Shown: in pieces, positions 48,999-57,799 of the stretch
Position numbering within the stretch: the first letter of the stretch is position 1
How the letters are laid out: every line of letters begins with the position of its first letter
The notes under the pieces: generated by a model
What the model was told of the DNA's origin: nothing
What the model saw: the letters and a program-made list of their open reading frames with translations, nothing else
Database searches by the model: none
From: Clostridia bacterium
GTDB taxonomy: Bacteria > Bacillota > Clostridia > UMGS1883
Direction: 5' to 3'
DNA length: 64,000 nucleotides
NCBI GenBank assembly: GCA_017472685.1
Contig: JAFUOO010000022.1
Span: 77,483 to 141,482, forward strand
Program-made: the position numbers and the translations under genes

Positions 48999-49487
48999 TC
49001 ATATGAATTTAACAGGCAAGGGCTCGCAATCCATGCTCTTTAAAATATCCGACACCGACTGTCTTCCGTGAAGGCTCAAAAGCTTGCTCGTGCCGTAGGC
49101 AATTATTTTACCTGTTTCGTCTGTCATGGTAACCTCGCACAGAACAATGCTTCTGCCTTCTTTAATGGCAGTAGCTGTTGCAATGAGCTTGCCCGAGTAT
49201 GCCATGGCAAGGTTTGTCACCTCTAAATCAAGGCTTGTGAAGCCGCTGTCCTCGTCCTTGTTGCAGTAGGCTGCCCAGTATGCGGCAGAGTCAATGAGCG
49301 AAGCGTAACAGCCTCCGTGAACACTGCCGAAGGGGTTTAAGTGCTTGGGCTCTATATCCATTTCGATTATGGAAAACCCCGGTCCCAGGTCAACAAGCTT
49401 CATATTCAGCAGGACTGAATAGGGGCTCTGGTTAACAACATCCTTAAGCTTTTCAATATGCAAAGGATTAATCTTTTTCTGCTCCAT
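48999..49487 (-). CDS. PaaI/hotdog-fold thioesterase
   Basis: GSVHGGCYASLID motif and 162 aa. Confidence 0.7.
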   Translation of the reverse strand: MEQKKINPLHIEKLKDVVNQSPYSVLLNMKLVDLGPGFSIIEMDIEPKHLNPFGSVHGGCYASLIDSAAYWAAYCNKDEDSGFTSLDLEVTNLAMAYSGKLIATATAIKEGRSIVLCEVTMTDETGKIIAYGTSKLLSLHGRQSVSDILKSMDCEPLPVKFI

Positions 49488-49560
49488 AATAACTGCTCCT
49501 TAATTGTACTGATAAAATTATATCATTGAATAACAGGAAATTCAATGATATAATTGTGTT

Positions 49561-50103
49561 ATGATAAAGCATATTATTTTAAACGGACGCAAAATTGAAT
49601 ACACCCTGCAGTATAAAAGTGTGAAAAACATAAATCTTCGCATCAAAGGTGATGGCAGTGTGCATGTTTCGGCAAACAGGAGGACACCGCTTGATGCCAT
49701 TGAAGATTTTATGCACAAAAAAGCACACCTGATACTGAAAGCCATTGACAATTGCCAAAAGAGTGAACTGAAAGAATATTTCACCGAGGATGACTTGAAA
49801 CGCTTTATACTGTTGTCTTGTGAACGGGTTTACCCATACTATGCAGAAAAAGGCATAGCAAAGCCCGAGGTTAAATTCCGCAAAATGGTTTCCAAATGGG
49901 GCTGCTGTAATATTACAAAGAAAACAATCACCTTTTCAACTAATCTCAAGTTTGCACCTGCCGAGTGTGTGATGTATGTAATATGGCACGAATTTACGCA
50001 CCTTTTGGTGCCAAACCATTCCAAGGCGTTTTACCTTGAGCTTGAAAAGGTGTGCCCCGATTGGAAAGGGTGCAGACAAAAGATGAAAGGGATAAAAATA
50101 TGA
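49561..50103 (+). CDS. YgjP-like (DUF45, M48-related) metal-dependent hydrolase
   Basis: VKNINLRIKGDG N-terminus and a C-terminal WHEFTHL HExxH motif. Confidence 0.6.
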   Translation: MIKHIILNGRKIEYTLQYKSVKNINLRIKGDGSVHVSANRRTPLDAIEDFMHKKAHLILKAIDNCQKSELKEYFTEDDLKRFILLSCERVYPYYAEKGIAKPEVKFRKMVSKWGCCNITKKTITFSTNLKFAPAECVMYVIWHEFTHLLVPNHSKAFYLELEKVCPDWKGCRQKMKGIKI

Positions 50104-50816
50104 AAATGACAAGGCCATACATAATTTGTCACATGGTGACAAGTATTGACGGAAAGGTCACGGGGGACTTTTTGTACCGTCCCGAATGTGAAAAGGCAAC
50201 GGAGGTCTATTACGAAATCAACCGCAATTATAATGTTGACGGCTTTATCTGCGGGAGGGTAACCATGGAAAGTAGCTTTACAAATTGTTGGTATCCCGAT
50301 TTGTCAGCATATGATAGTGTTGAGGACAAGCGTGATTTTATTCCCCATAACCTTTCAGGCTTTTATGCTATAGCTTTTGACCCCAAGGGCAAGCTGGGCT
50401 GGAAGAGCAGCATTATTATTGACGATGACCCCGGCTATGGAAATGCGCAGATAATCGAGGTTTTAACAAAGCAGGTTGACTGTCGCTATCTTGGCTATCT
50501 TCAAAAAACGGGCATTCCGTACATCTTTGCAGGTGAAACCGAAATTGATGTTAAGACAGCTCTTTTTAAGCTTAAAAACCTTATGGGTATAGGCACCCTT
50601 CTTTTAGAGGGCGGAAGCATTGTAAACGGCTACTTTGAGCGTGCAGATGCTATCGACGAGCTTAGTTTGGTTGTGGCGCCTGTGGTTGCAAAGGGTGAGG
50701 ACAAGCCGCTTTTTACGGATGCATGCATTGCAGACTACAGATTGCTTGATGTTAAAAAATGTGATTATAGCGTTATATGGTTAAACTACAAAAAAGATAA
50801 AAGCTGCACAGAATAA
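50099..50816 (+). CDS. RibD-C-terminal / dihydrofolate-reductase-like domain protein
   Basis: ICHMVTSIDGKV...LLLEGGSIVNGYF. ATG at 50099 with ribosome-binding site. Confidence 0.55.
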
Positions 50817-50832
50817 TCAAAGGAGCAAGGTT

Positions 50833-52305
50833 ATGTCAAACATGTTGATACTTTCTATTACGAAAATCGGTGATTTACTGACTGAAAAAAGAATAACGAA
50901 AGACGAAAACGGACAACCAATAGATAATATTAATTTAGTCATACCCGAATATCAGCGCCCATATAAGTGGACCGCAAAAAATGTTAATCAGCTGCTGGAT
51001 GATATTATACAGGCAAAGAGTGAGAACAAGGAAGTATACCGCGTCGGAACACTCATTTTACATAAGGATAGAAACCGCGGAGAATACAATGTTGTGGACG
51101 GACAGCAACGAATAACAACCTTTGCATTGCTTCTGAAAGCATTGGGCGTTGGAAATGTTTCATTTCTTGAGCAGAAAATGACAGATAATCCCTATAACAG
51201 ATTTAACATTATCAATAACTATCGCACACTGAAGCGTCGTGTGGATAATTTGGCTGTTCAGAAGGGCGACCTTTGCAATTACATAAAAAACAATTGTGAA
51301 TTGATAGTTGTCATTACCGAAAATATTTCAGAGGCATTCCAATTTTTTGACTCCCAGAATGCACGCGGAAAAAAGCTATACCCACATGACCTCCTGAAAG
51401 CATACCATTTGCGGGAGATGAATGATTTGGATGCGGAGGAAACCGAAAAGATTGTTAAAACGTGGGAGGATTTAGACCAAAAAACACTTGCTGAGCTGTT
51501 TTCTGATTACTTATACCGTTTGAAAGAATGGATAAAGGGAAATAAGTCGGGTGAACTTAATGAGCACAATTATGATATGTTCAAGGGTGTAACGATGCAC
51601 GATAATTTTCCTTACGCACAGTTTTATAAAGGTGCATTTGCATACGCAGACAACATCAACAATTCGCCCATCCCGTTTGTTACGGGAATGCGTAAGCTCA
51701 GCGCTTTTCAGTTAGATACGCCTATTGTTGCCGGAAAACCGTTTTTTGACTATGCAAAACACTATTTTGAGCTTCTGGCGGATATAAGAAATAACGACAA
51801 ATACGAGGGGCATTTTATAAATGATAATAAAATAATGAAAACCTTAAATTTAAGGGAAAATCGCAATGGTGTAGGTAACACAATAGTAAGACGTATGCTT
51901 GACGCTGCCATACTTCTGTATATAGACAGATTCTGCCCTGAAAAGCCCACCGGCACAGATACCGAAATGCTTGACCAATTTGTAGTGTTTGCTTTTGTAT
52001 GGGCATACTCTCTCAGGGCACAATATCAAAATCTTGGTTGGCAAGCCGCTCAGAATTACATTATGGGAAACAATGGCAAAGTAACCAATTCGTTCAATCT
52101 TTATAAAGTCATAACAGAGAGCGATTCGCCCGTTGAACTTTTCAGCACACTTTCTGATAAAATTTTGCCACTGTCATATAATGATTTACCTGCATCCGAT
52201 AAGTACAGAGAAGCGAAAGTAGCAAATATAAACGAAAAAGATAAGAATGATGTTTATCAGAATTATCTTCATTTCTTCGTTGAGCATAATTTTTGGAGGG
52301 GATAA
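50833..52305 (+). CDS. DUF262 (ParB/GmrS-like NTPase) domain protein
   Basis: Hallmark motifs IPEYQRPYKW and DGQQRITT. Very low GC. Confidence 0.7.
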   Translation: MSNMLILSITKIGDLLTEKRITKDENGQPIDNINLVIPEYQRPYKWTAKNVNQLLDDIIQAKSENKEVYRVGTLILHKDRNRGEYNVVDGQQRITTFALLLKALGVGNVSFLEQKMTDNPYNRFNIINNYRTLKRRVDNLAVQKGDLCNYIKNNCELIVVITENISEAFQFFDSQNARGKKLYPHDLLKAYHLREMNDLDAEETEKIVKTWEDLDQKTLAELFSDYLYRLKEWIKGNKSGELNEHNYDMFKGVTMHDNFPYAQFYKGAFAYADNINNSPIPFVTGMRKLSAFQLDTPIVAGKPFFDYAKHYFELLADIRNNDKYEGHFINDNKIMKTLNLRENRNGVGNTIVRRMLDAAILLYIDRFCPEKPTGTDTEMLDQFVVFAFVWAYSLRAQYQNLGWQAAQNYIMGNNGKVTNSFNLYKVITESDSPVELFSTLSDKILPLSYNDLPASDKYREAKVANINEKDKNDVYQNYLHFFVEHNFWRG

Positions 52306-52307
52306 AA

Positions 52308-54359
52308 ATGAAAAATAAAGCATTGCCTCTTAAAGAGATTTCGGTTTCGGAATTGTATAACGGCAGCAACAAAATGATTTTTGAAGTGCCTGTTTATCAA
52401 AGAAATTACGCATGGGAAAAAGATGAAATATCCGCCCTGATCCAGGATGTATACGATGCCTGTATAAAGGGCTCGGATGTGTATTTCATCGGAACTCTCG
52501 TGACTTTTAATAAAGGTGATAATGTTTACGAGGTTATTGATGGTCAGCAGCGACTTACTACAATAAATCTTATTTTAAATGCCTTGCATATAAAGCCGAA
52601 CAACCCTCTCACGTATAAAGCACGAAAAAAATCAAATAACACAATAAAGCACATTCCATCCTTTGACATAGATGAAAAAGATCATGGCATTGTTAATGGC
52701 TTCAAGTATGCTGAAACATCGATAAACGAAAAAATTGCAAGTGATGATTTTGAAGCGTTTAAAACATATTTTCAAAACAATGTACACATCATTCATTACG
52801 AGGTCCCACGTGATATTGATTTGAATCATTATTTTGAGATAATGAATTCCCGCGGCGAACAGCTTGAAAAACACGAAATTGTAAAAGCACGTTTAATAAG
52901 CTATATAAAAAATGATTACGATAAAAGCACATTTAATTTTATATGGGAATGCTGCTCGGAAATGGGTGTATACGTACAGCAAAAATATAAGGAAAAAGAC
53001 GTTTTCGGACCTGATTTGTGTGAACTTATTGTCGATGCGTTTGAGCAGCTGCCTTTCACTAAAAAAGATTCCGAAGAACAGCTTTCCATTAATGCATTGA
53101 TTGAAAGCGAAGCTAAGTACGAATTGAAAAATCCTAACATATCAGATGACAAGCCCGATTCCTTTCAGCCTGTTATTGATTTTCAGAATTTCTTGCTGAT
53201 AGTTCTTAAAATAACAAGAATAACTAATGAGCATAATTTTAATCCCATCAGCTTTAACCTTGACGACAAAGAACTGATTAATGAATTTGAGAAAGTAGCC
53301 TGTGATAATTATGGCGGAAAGGAAAGCTTTGCAAAAAACTTTGCTTACAACTTATTAAAAATAAAATATCTGCTTGATAATTATGTGGTGCATCATTCCA
53401 ATGAGGAAGACACTATCGAAAACAACCCATGGAAGCTGCAGTATTGGCAGTATAATACTGATAAGAAAAAAGGTCCTCTCAGGTCATTGTGTAGTGATGA
53501 AGAGTTGCAACACAAGCTTGTGCAGCTGTTGTCCATGTTTGAGGTGTCATTTACTGCCCGACAAAGAAAAAATTATTTATTTTATTGCCTGCTGTTTTTG
53601 TTTGAAAAATATAATTCCCATACTTACGATGAAGACCTTTTGCCTGAATACGGGAATTTTGTGGAAGCTCTGGCAAAAAAATATTTTTGTGATGTTTATT
53701 TAGTTGAGGATAAACTGAATAATATCAACACGCCCAAGCCGGGCAGCTTTGACGAGGTTGTTTTATGTAATAATAAACTCAATGTGATAGCTGATAATCT
53801 GAACATCCATGTTTTTGAAAAAATTTACGGTGACGGAACTGTAGCCTCGAAAGGTGTACCGTTGTTTATTTTTAACTATCTGGACTATAAACTGTGGGAA
53901 TATTATGCAGAAAATCTGCGCGGTGAAAAACTGAAAGAAAAAAGTCCCGCACGTCGGGAGTTCTTTAACGAACTGGGGTGTAGCGATTTTGGACTTGATG
54001 TTTTTAATCAGTTTTATTTTTCAAGAACAAGGAGGAGCCTGGAGCACTACTATCCTCAGGCAAATATTACGAATTCAACCATGGATGATAATCAGATTAA
54101 TTGTTTGGGTAACTATGCAATGATAGGCAGTGCAATAAACAGCGCCGGTTCAAATTGGAGCCCAAAAACAAAATTAGACTGTTATCTGGACACATCGGGG
54201 AAAATAAAACAGGTTAGCGTAGCTTCGTTAAAGTTTATGATTATGATGCAAAAATGTAAGGATGAAGACAGAAAAGGTGAGAGAAATCCGGGGTGCGAAT
54301 GGATATTTGAGGACATAAAGGAACACCAGAAAAAAATGCTGAAATTTTTTGAAAAGTAA
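52308..54359 (+). CDS. DUF262-DUF1524 (GmrSD-like) protein with C-terminal His-Me-finger nuclease
   Basis: PVYQRNYAW and DGQQRLTT N-terminally. C-terminally SLEHYYPQ...N...GN is a DUF1524/HNH-like motif. ATG with GGAGGGG ribosome-binding site. Confidence 0.7.
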   Translation: MKNKALPLKEISVSELYNGSNKMIFEVPVYQRNYAWEKDEISALIQDVYDACIKGSDVYFIGTLVTFNKGDNVYEVIDGQQRLTTINLILNALHIKPNNPLTYKARKKSNNTIKHIPSFDIDEKDHGIVNGFKYAETSINEKIASDDFEAFKTYFQNNVHIIHYEVPRDIDLNHYFEIMNSRGEQLEKHEIVKARLISYIKNDYDKSTFNFIWECCSEMGVYVQQKYKEKDVFGPDLCELIVDAFEQLPFTKKDSEEQLSINALIESEAKYELKNPNISDDKPDSFQPVIDFQNFLLIVLKITRITNEHNFNPISFNLDDKELINEFEKVACDNYGGKESFAKNFAYNLLKIKYLLDNYVVHHSNEEDTIENNPWKLQYWQYNTDKKKGPLRSLCSDEELQHKLVQLLSMFEVSFTARQRKNYLFYCLLFLFEKYNSHTYDEDLLPEYGNFVEALAKKYFCDVYLVEDKLNNINTPKPGSFDEVVLCNNKLNVIADNLNIHVFEKIYGDGTVASKGVPLFIFNYLDYKLWEYYAENLRGEKLKEKSPARREFFNELGCSDFGLDVFNQFYFSRTRRSLEHYYPQANITNSTMDDNQINCLGNYAMIGSAINSAGSNWSPKTKLDCYLDTSGKIKQVSVASLKFMIMMQKCKDEDRKGERNPGCEWIFEDIKEHQKKMLKFFEK

Positions 54360-54370
54360 AGGAGTAAAAA

Positions 54371-54931
54371 ATGAGAAAAAATTTTGGAGCAAAAGCAATG
54401 CTTTATCCCATGCCGGTACTTATTATCGGCACATACGACAGTGAGGGAAGAGCAAACGCAATGAACGCCGCATGGGGCGGAATAAGCGAAGCGGATGAAA
54501 TATCCATCTGCGTGGACGACGGGCACAAAACGGCAGAAAACGTTATTGAAAGAAAAGCCTTTAGTGTAAGCGTGGCAGATTGTGAAAATGTTGTTTCTTG
54601 CGACTATGTAGGTATTGTTTCGGGCAACAACGAGCCGGACAAAATCAAAAAAGCGGGGTGGAGCGTTATAAAAAGCGAATTTGTGGACGCACCGCTTTTT
54701 GACAAGCTGCCCATGGCACTTGAATGCGAATTAAAGAGCTACGACAAGGAAACCTGCCGCTTGGTGGGACGGATTGTTAACGTCTGTGCCGACGAAAGCA
54801 TCCTGGGCGAGGACGGGCAGATAGACCTTAGCAAATTTAAACCCATAACCTACGACAGTGTGCATCATAACTATATCGCCTTGGGTGAAGTGGTGGGTAA
54901 AGCGTTTAATGACGGAAAGAAATTGAAGTAA
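54371..54931 (+). CDS. flavin reductase-like domain protein
   Basis: About 186 aa with an FMN-binding split-barrel (LYPMPVLIIGT...). Confidence 0.6.
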   Translation: MRKNFGAKAMLYPMPVLIIGTYDSEGRANAMNAAWGGISEADEISICVDDGHKTAENVIERKAFSVSVADCENVVSCDYVGIVSGNNEPDKIKKAGWSVIKSEFVDAPLFDKLPMALECELKSYDKETCRLVGRIVNVCADESILGEDGQIDLSKFKPITYDSVHHNYIALGEVVGKAFNDGKKLK

Positions 54932-54945
54932 AATTCCACAAAACA

Positions 54946-54978
54946 AAAGACAGCACCTTTTGGTACTGTCTTTTGTTT
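54946..54978 (+). terminator. rho-independent terminator (imperfect stem)
   Basis: aaagacagcaccttttggtactgtcttttgtttt. Confidence 0.65.
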
Positions 54979-54999
54979 TGTGGCGGAGAAGGTGGGATT
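54972..54999 (-). repeat. attachment-site-like direct repeat copy 1 (tRNA 3'-end core plus flank)
   Basis: tttgttttgtggcggagaaggtgggatt is repeated at 55074-55102. Confidence 0.6.
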
Positions 55000-55073
55000 T
55001 ACCCGTTCGGGCATAAACTTCGAATCCTTTCATCATCCAAAAAACAAAAAGCACTATCTTTCGATAATGCTCT

Positions 55074-55130
55074 TTGTTTTTTGTGGCGGAGAAGGTGGGA
55101 TTCGAACCCACGTCCCTCGGGGGGCATCAT
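55074..55130 (-). other. tRNA 3'-end fragment (T-arm, acceptor 3' strand, G discriminator, CCA) = attachment-site direct repeat copy 2; no complete cloverleaf
   Basis: The minus-strand sequence reads ...GGGACGTGGGTTCGAATCCCACCTTCTCCGCCA. The T-loop TTCGAAT is canonical. No matching 5' acceptor strand or D-arm could be found upstream on that strand. Confidence 0.55.
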
Positions 55131-55367
55131 GATTTCGAGTGATATACACTCTGACTTTCTTAATCGTTTCTACAATCTGATATAACTCTCTTGAAAGAGC
55201 TGAAAACCTGGAAAAATAAGGGTTTTTGGCTCTTTTTTGTGTGCTTAAGACTTGATTTTTGTGGCTTTTGAAAAATGTGATTTTAACACAAAAAATTCAC
55301 TTTGGGCAAAACTAGGGCAAAACAGATTTATACTTAAAAACCATTAAAACGTATGAAAGGGCACATT

Positions 55368-55643
55368 ATGAAAACGAAATGGAAGGAATTTTGCGAAGCT
55401 TGGCTTGCTGACGAGCCTGATATATTAACCGTGCTTGAAGTCAAACGTATCACAGGCTATTGCAAAAGCTCGGTGCAAGGCTGGATTGACAGAGGACTTG
55501 TTGTTGCCTTTCGGGCAAAACGGTCAAATAAAATTCCCAGGTCATCGCTGCTCAAATTTATGGCAAGTGATTATTTTCGCAATATGCACGTTAAATCAAA
55601 AAAGCTGAAGGAAAAATTAAGTGAGTTTGAAAGGATGGATTGA
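55368..55643 (+). CDS. excisionase/HTH-type DNA-binding protein
   Basis: VKRITGYCKSSVQGWIDRGLV resembles an HTH_17/Xis-like helix-turn-helix. Confidence 0.45.
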   Translation: MKTKWKEFCEAWLADEPDILTVLEVKRITGYCKSSVQGWIDRGLVVAFRAKRSNKIPRSSLLKFMASDYFRNMHVKSKKLKEKLSEFERMD

Positions 55644-55646
55644 TTT

Positions 55647-55997
55647 ATGAGGGTTGATTATATCAAATACGGAAGGGGCTATTTGCCCACTGCAGCACCG
55701 AAGGAGAGCTATGATATTTGCAGATTCGGACACGCATATTTAAGCTACTTAAAGCAAAATAAACGAGTATTATATTCACGGTTATTGATTACCGGAAGGC
55801 TTTTAAAGCATGTTGCACACGTGGATAAACTGGCCCGGCAGATGTACGATGATATCATTCGTGACAGAATTGGAGATGCACCGCCCAGAGAAAACCAGAA
55901 GGAATGGGACGAGTTTATAAATAGACTTCGCAATAGTGCCGAGAAAATCGTGTATAAGGAAATTCTTTTCAAAGATGAAAGAATCAGAGAGGTGTAA
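55647..55997 (+). CDS. hypothetical protein (116 aa)
   Basis: ORF within the island operon. Confidence 0.35.
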   Translation: MRVDYIKYGRGYLPTAAPKESYDICRFGHAYLSYLKQNKRVLYSRLLITGRLLKHVAHVDKLARQMYDDIIRDRIGDAPPRENQKEWDEFINRLRNSAEKIVYKEILFKDERIREV

Positions 55998-56004
55998 GAA
56001 AACC

Positions 56005-56814
56005 ATGAGAATAGCATACCCAATCGGATTTACACAAATACCCAATTACATACTACGCAGCAAGGTGTTAAAGCCCTTGCAAAAGGTCGTGCTTGCCGTT
56101 TTGTGTAGCTATGCCAATGATGAAAATCTCGCATTCCCGTCTTACCAGACTATTGCAAATGACAGCGGAATCAGCAGAAGAAAAGCCATTGAGATTATTG
56201 GTGACTTGGAAAGGCTTGGTTGCATCAGAAAGATTGCACAGAAAAGCACTAAGGGCGATAATACCGCCAATGATTATGTAGTTCTGATAGGTGGTGCAGA
56301 TTTTGCACTACCCGGTGAATCTCCTGCACTACCTGGTGAATATGGTGCACCACCCTGTGGTGAATCTCCTGCACCACGTGGTGAACGTCGTGCACCCAAT
56401 CAATATATAGATAATAATATTAATATTTATTTTAATAATAACCATCAATCCATCACGGCTGCCGAGATGGATGAGATGGAAGAACAAATCAAAGAAAATA
56501 TTGATTATACGATTTTGAAACAGAGCTATACAGACGGTATGCTTGAAGAAATTGTCAGCGTAATGGTAGAAGCTACTTGCGCTACTGCTACGACGATTCG
56601 TATTGGAGACAACGAATTTCCGCGAGAGGTTGTTAAAGCCCAAATGCTGAAGCTCGGCAGCGAGCATGTGGAGTATGTAATCGATTGCATCAAGAAAAAC
56701 ACTACCAAGGTACGAAACATAAAAGCCTATATGCTAAGGTGCATTTACAACGCTCCGCAGACCATAGCCCACTACTACACCGCAGAGGTGAATCACGATT
56801 TGTACGGCGGATAG
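56005..56814 (+). CDS. replication initiator / replisome organiser (N-terminal HTH, C-terminal DnaD-like domain) with internal Pro/Gly-rich tandem repeat
   Basis: The N-terminus (FPSYQTIANDSGISRRKAIEII) is a Rep-type winged helix. The C-terminus (KAQMLKLGSEHVEYVIDCIKKN...KAYMLRCI) is DnaD-like. DNA repeats lie at about 56290-56400. Confidence 0.55.
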   Translation: MRIAYPIGFTQIPNYILRSKVLKPLQKVVLAVLCSYANDENLAFPSYQTIANDSGISRRKAIEIIGDLERLGCIRKIAQKSTKGDNTANDYVVLIGGADFALPGESPALPGEYGAPPCGESPAPRGERRAPNQYIDNNINIYFNNNHQSITAAEMDEMEEQIKENIDYTILKQSYTDGMLEEIVSVMVEATCATATTIRIGDNEFPREVVKAQMLKLGSEHVEYVIDCIKKNTTKVRNIKAYMLRCIYNAPQTIAHYYTAEVNHDLYGG

Positions 56815-56925
56815 CTCAGAGCTGTAAAACGATAGTTTTTGTATTAGCAAGCACGGCATTTGTATAGACAAAAGCCGCTTGTTAGGGATAATCCCTAATA
56901 CCCATTTGTTATTGGAGGTGGAACT

Positions 56926-57243
56926 ATGAGATACAAGCAAAAGCAATTAAATTTTTATGTTTCTGATAAGGTGTGGGAAAAACTTCAAAAATTGAAAAAG
57001 AAATCAGGCTTAACTATGACAGCGATAATATCAAAACTTATCATGGGTTACGAAATTCATCCTCTTAAAACTGAAGAGCTTTTTAGAATATACAAAGAGC
57101 TGAACCATATAGGCAATAACATAAATCAAATTGCTCATATCGCCAATTTGGAAAAACATGTGTCTAAAGAAAAAATTAGCGAGGTAGAAAAGCTTATGGA
57201 CCAAATATGGGAATGTGTCTTAAGCTACGATGAGAAGAAATGA
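56926..57243 (+). CDS. MobC-like mobilisation accessory protein (no cognate relaxase present)
   Basis: About 105 aa with YKELNHIGNNINQIAHIAN, typical of MobC / Bacterial_mobilisation. Confidence 0.55.
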   Translation: MRYKQKQLNFYVSDKVWEKLQKLKKKSGLTMTAIISKLIMGYEIHPLKTEELFRIYKELNHIGNNINQIAHIANLEKHVSKEKISEVEKLMDQIWECVLSYDEKK

Positions 57244-57391
57244 TTATGAGCTTTGAAAAAACTGTATTACGAAAATCTAAATTCTGGCGAAAAACAGATT
57301 GGATGAGCGTATTTATAACCTTGAAAAAAGTTGACACAGAAAAAGAAATGTATATAATAAATTACAGAAGCTTTTTATTTTCCAAGGAGTT

Positions 57392-57604
57392 ATGATTATG
57401 AGTAAAGAAGGAAAGTTTTTAGTTTTTTGTATTGAACAATATAAGTCGGCCAAAAATTTAACAGGAAAACAGGTTGCAGAATTGTTCAGGAAGTATGAAG
57501 TATATGAATATATTTTTAGTTGCTACGGAGCGTTGCATACTACAGGAACAAACTATATTATTGCAGATATAGACTTATTTATCGAGGCACGACAAGCAGG
57601 CTGA
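57392..57604 (+). CDS. small hypothetical protein (DUF3791-like)
   Basis: 70-aa ORF with a GGAG ribosome-binding site. Confidence 0.4.
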   Translation: MIMSKEGKFLVFCIEQYKSAKNLTGKQVAELFRKYEVYEYIFSCYGALHTTGTNYIIADIDLFIEARQAG

Positions 57605-57799
57605 TAAAATTTAATTATGATAAACAATGAGGTTATGCACGTGAGAGCATAACCTCGTTTTTGTTGGTTTAAGCTTATAGGACTTTATGCTGATGATAAC
57701 GCGAAAGCCAATTAGTCAATCGTGAATTACTCATTTATACTTGACTAAATTGCTTTGTATGTGCTATACTATAGATAACCAAAAATGGAGGTCATACAT

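Noticed and set aside
52912-53152. Small ORFs on both strands inside the DUF262-DUF1524 gene
   Set aside because: They overlap a continuous 684-aa reading frame with clear domain motifs. The AT-rich sequence generates many short spurious ORFs.
55084-55175. Complete tRNA (Ser-like) on the minus strand
   Set aside because: Only the T-arm, acceptor 3' strand and CCA are present. The upstream 45 nt do not form a D-arm or anticodon arm, and no GGAGAAG-type 5' acceptor is found. It is treated as an attachment-site fragment.
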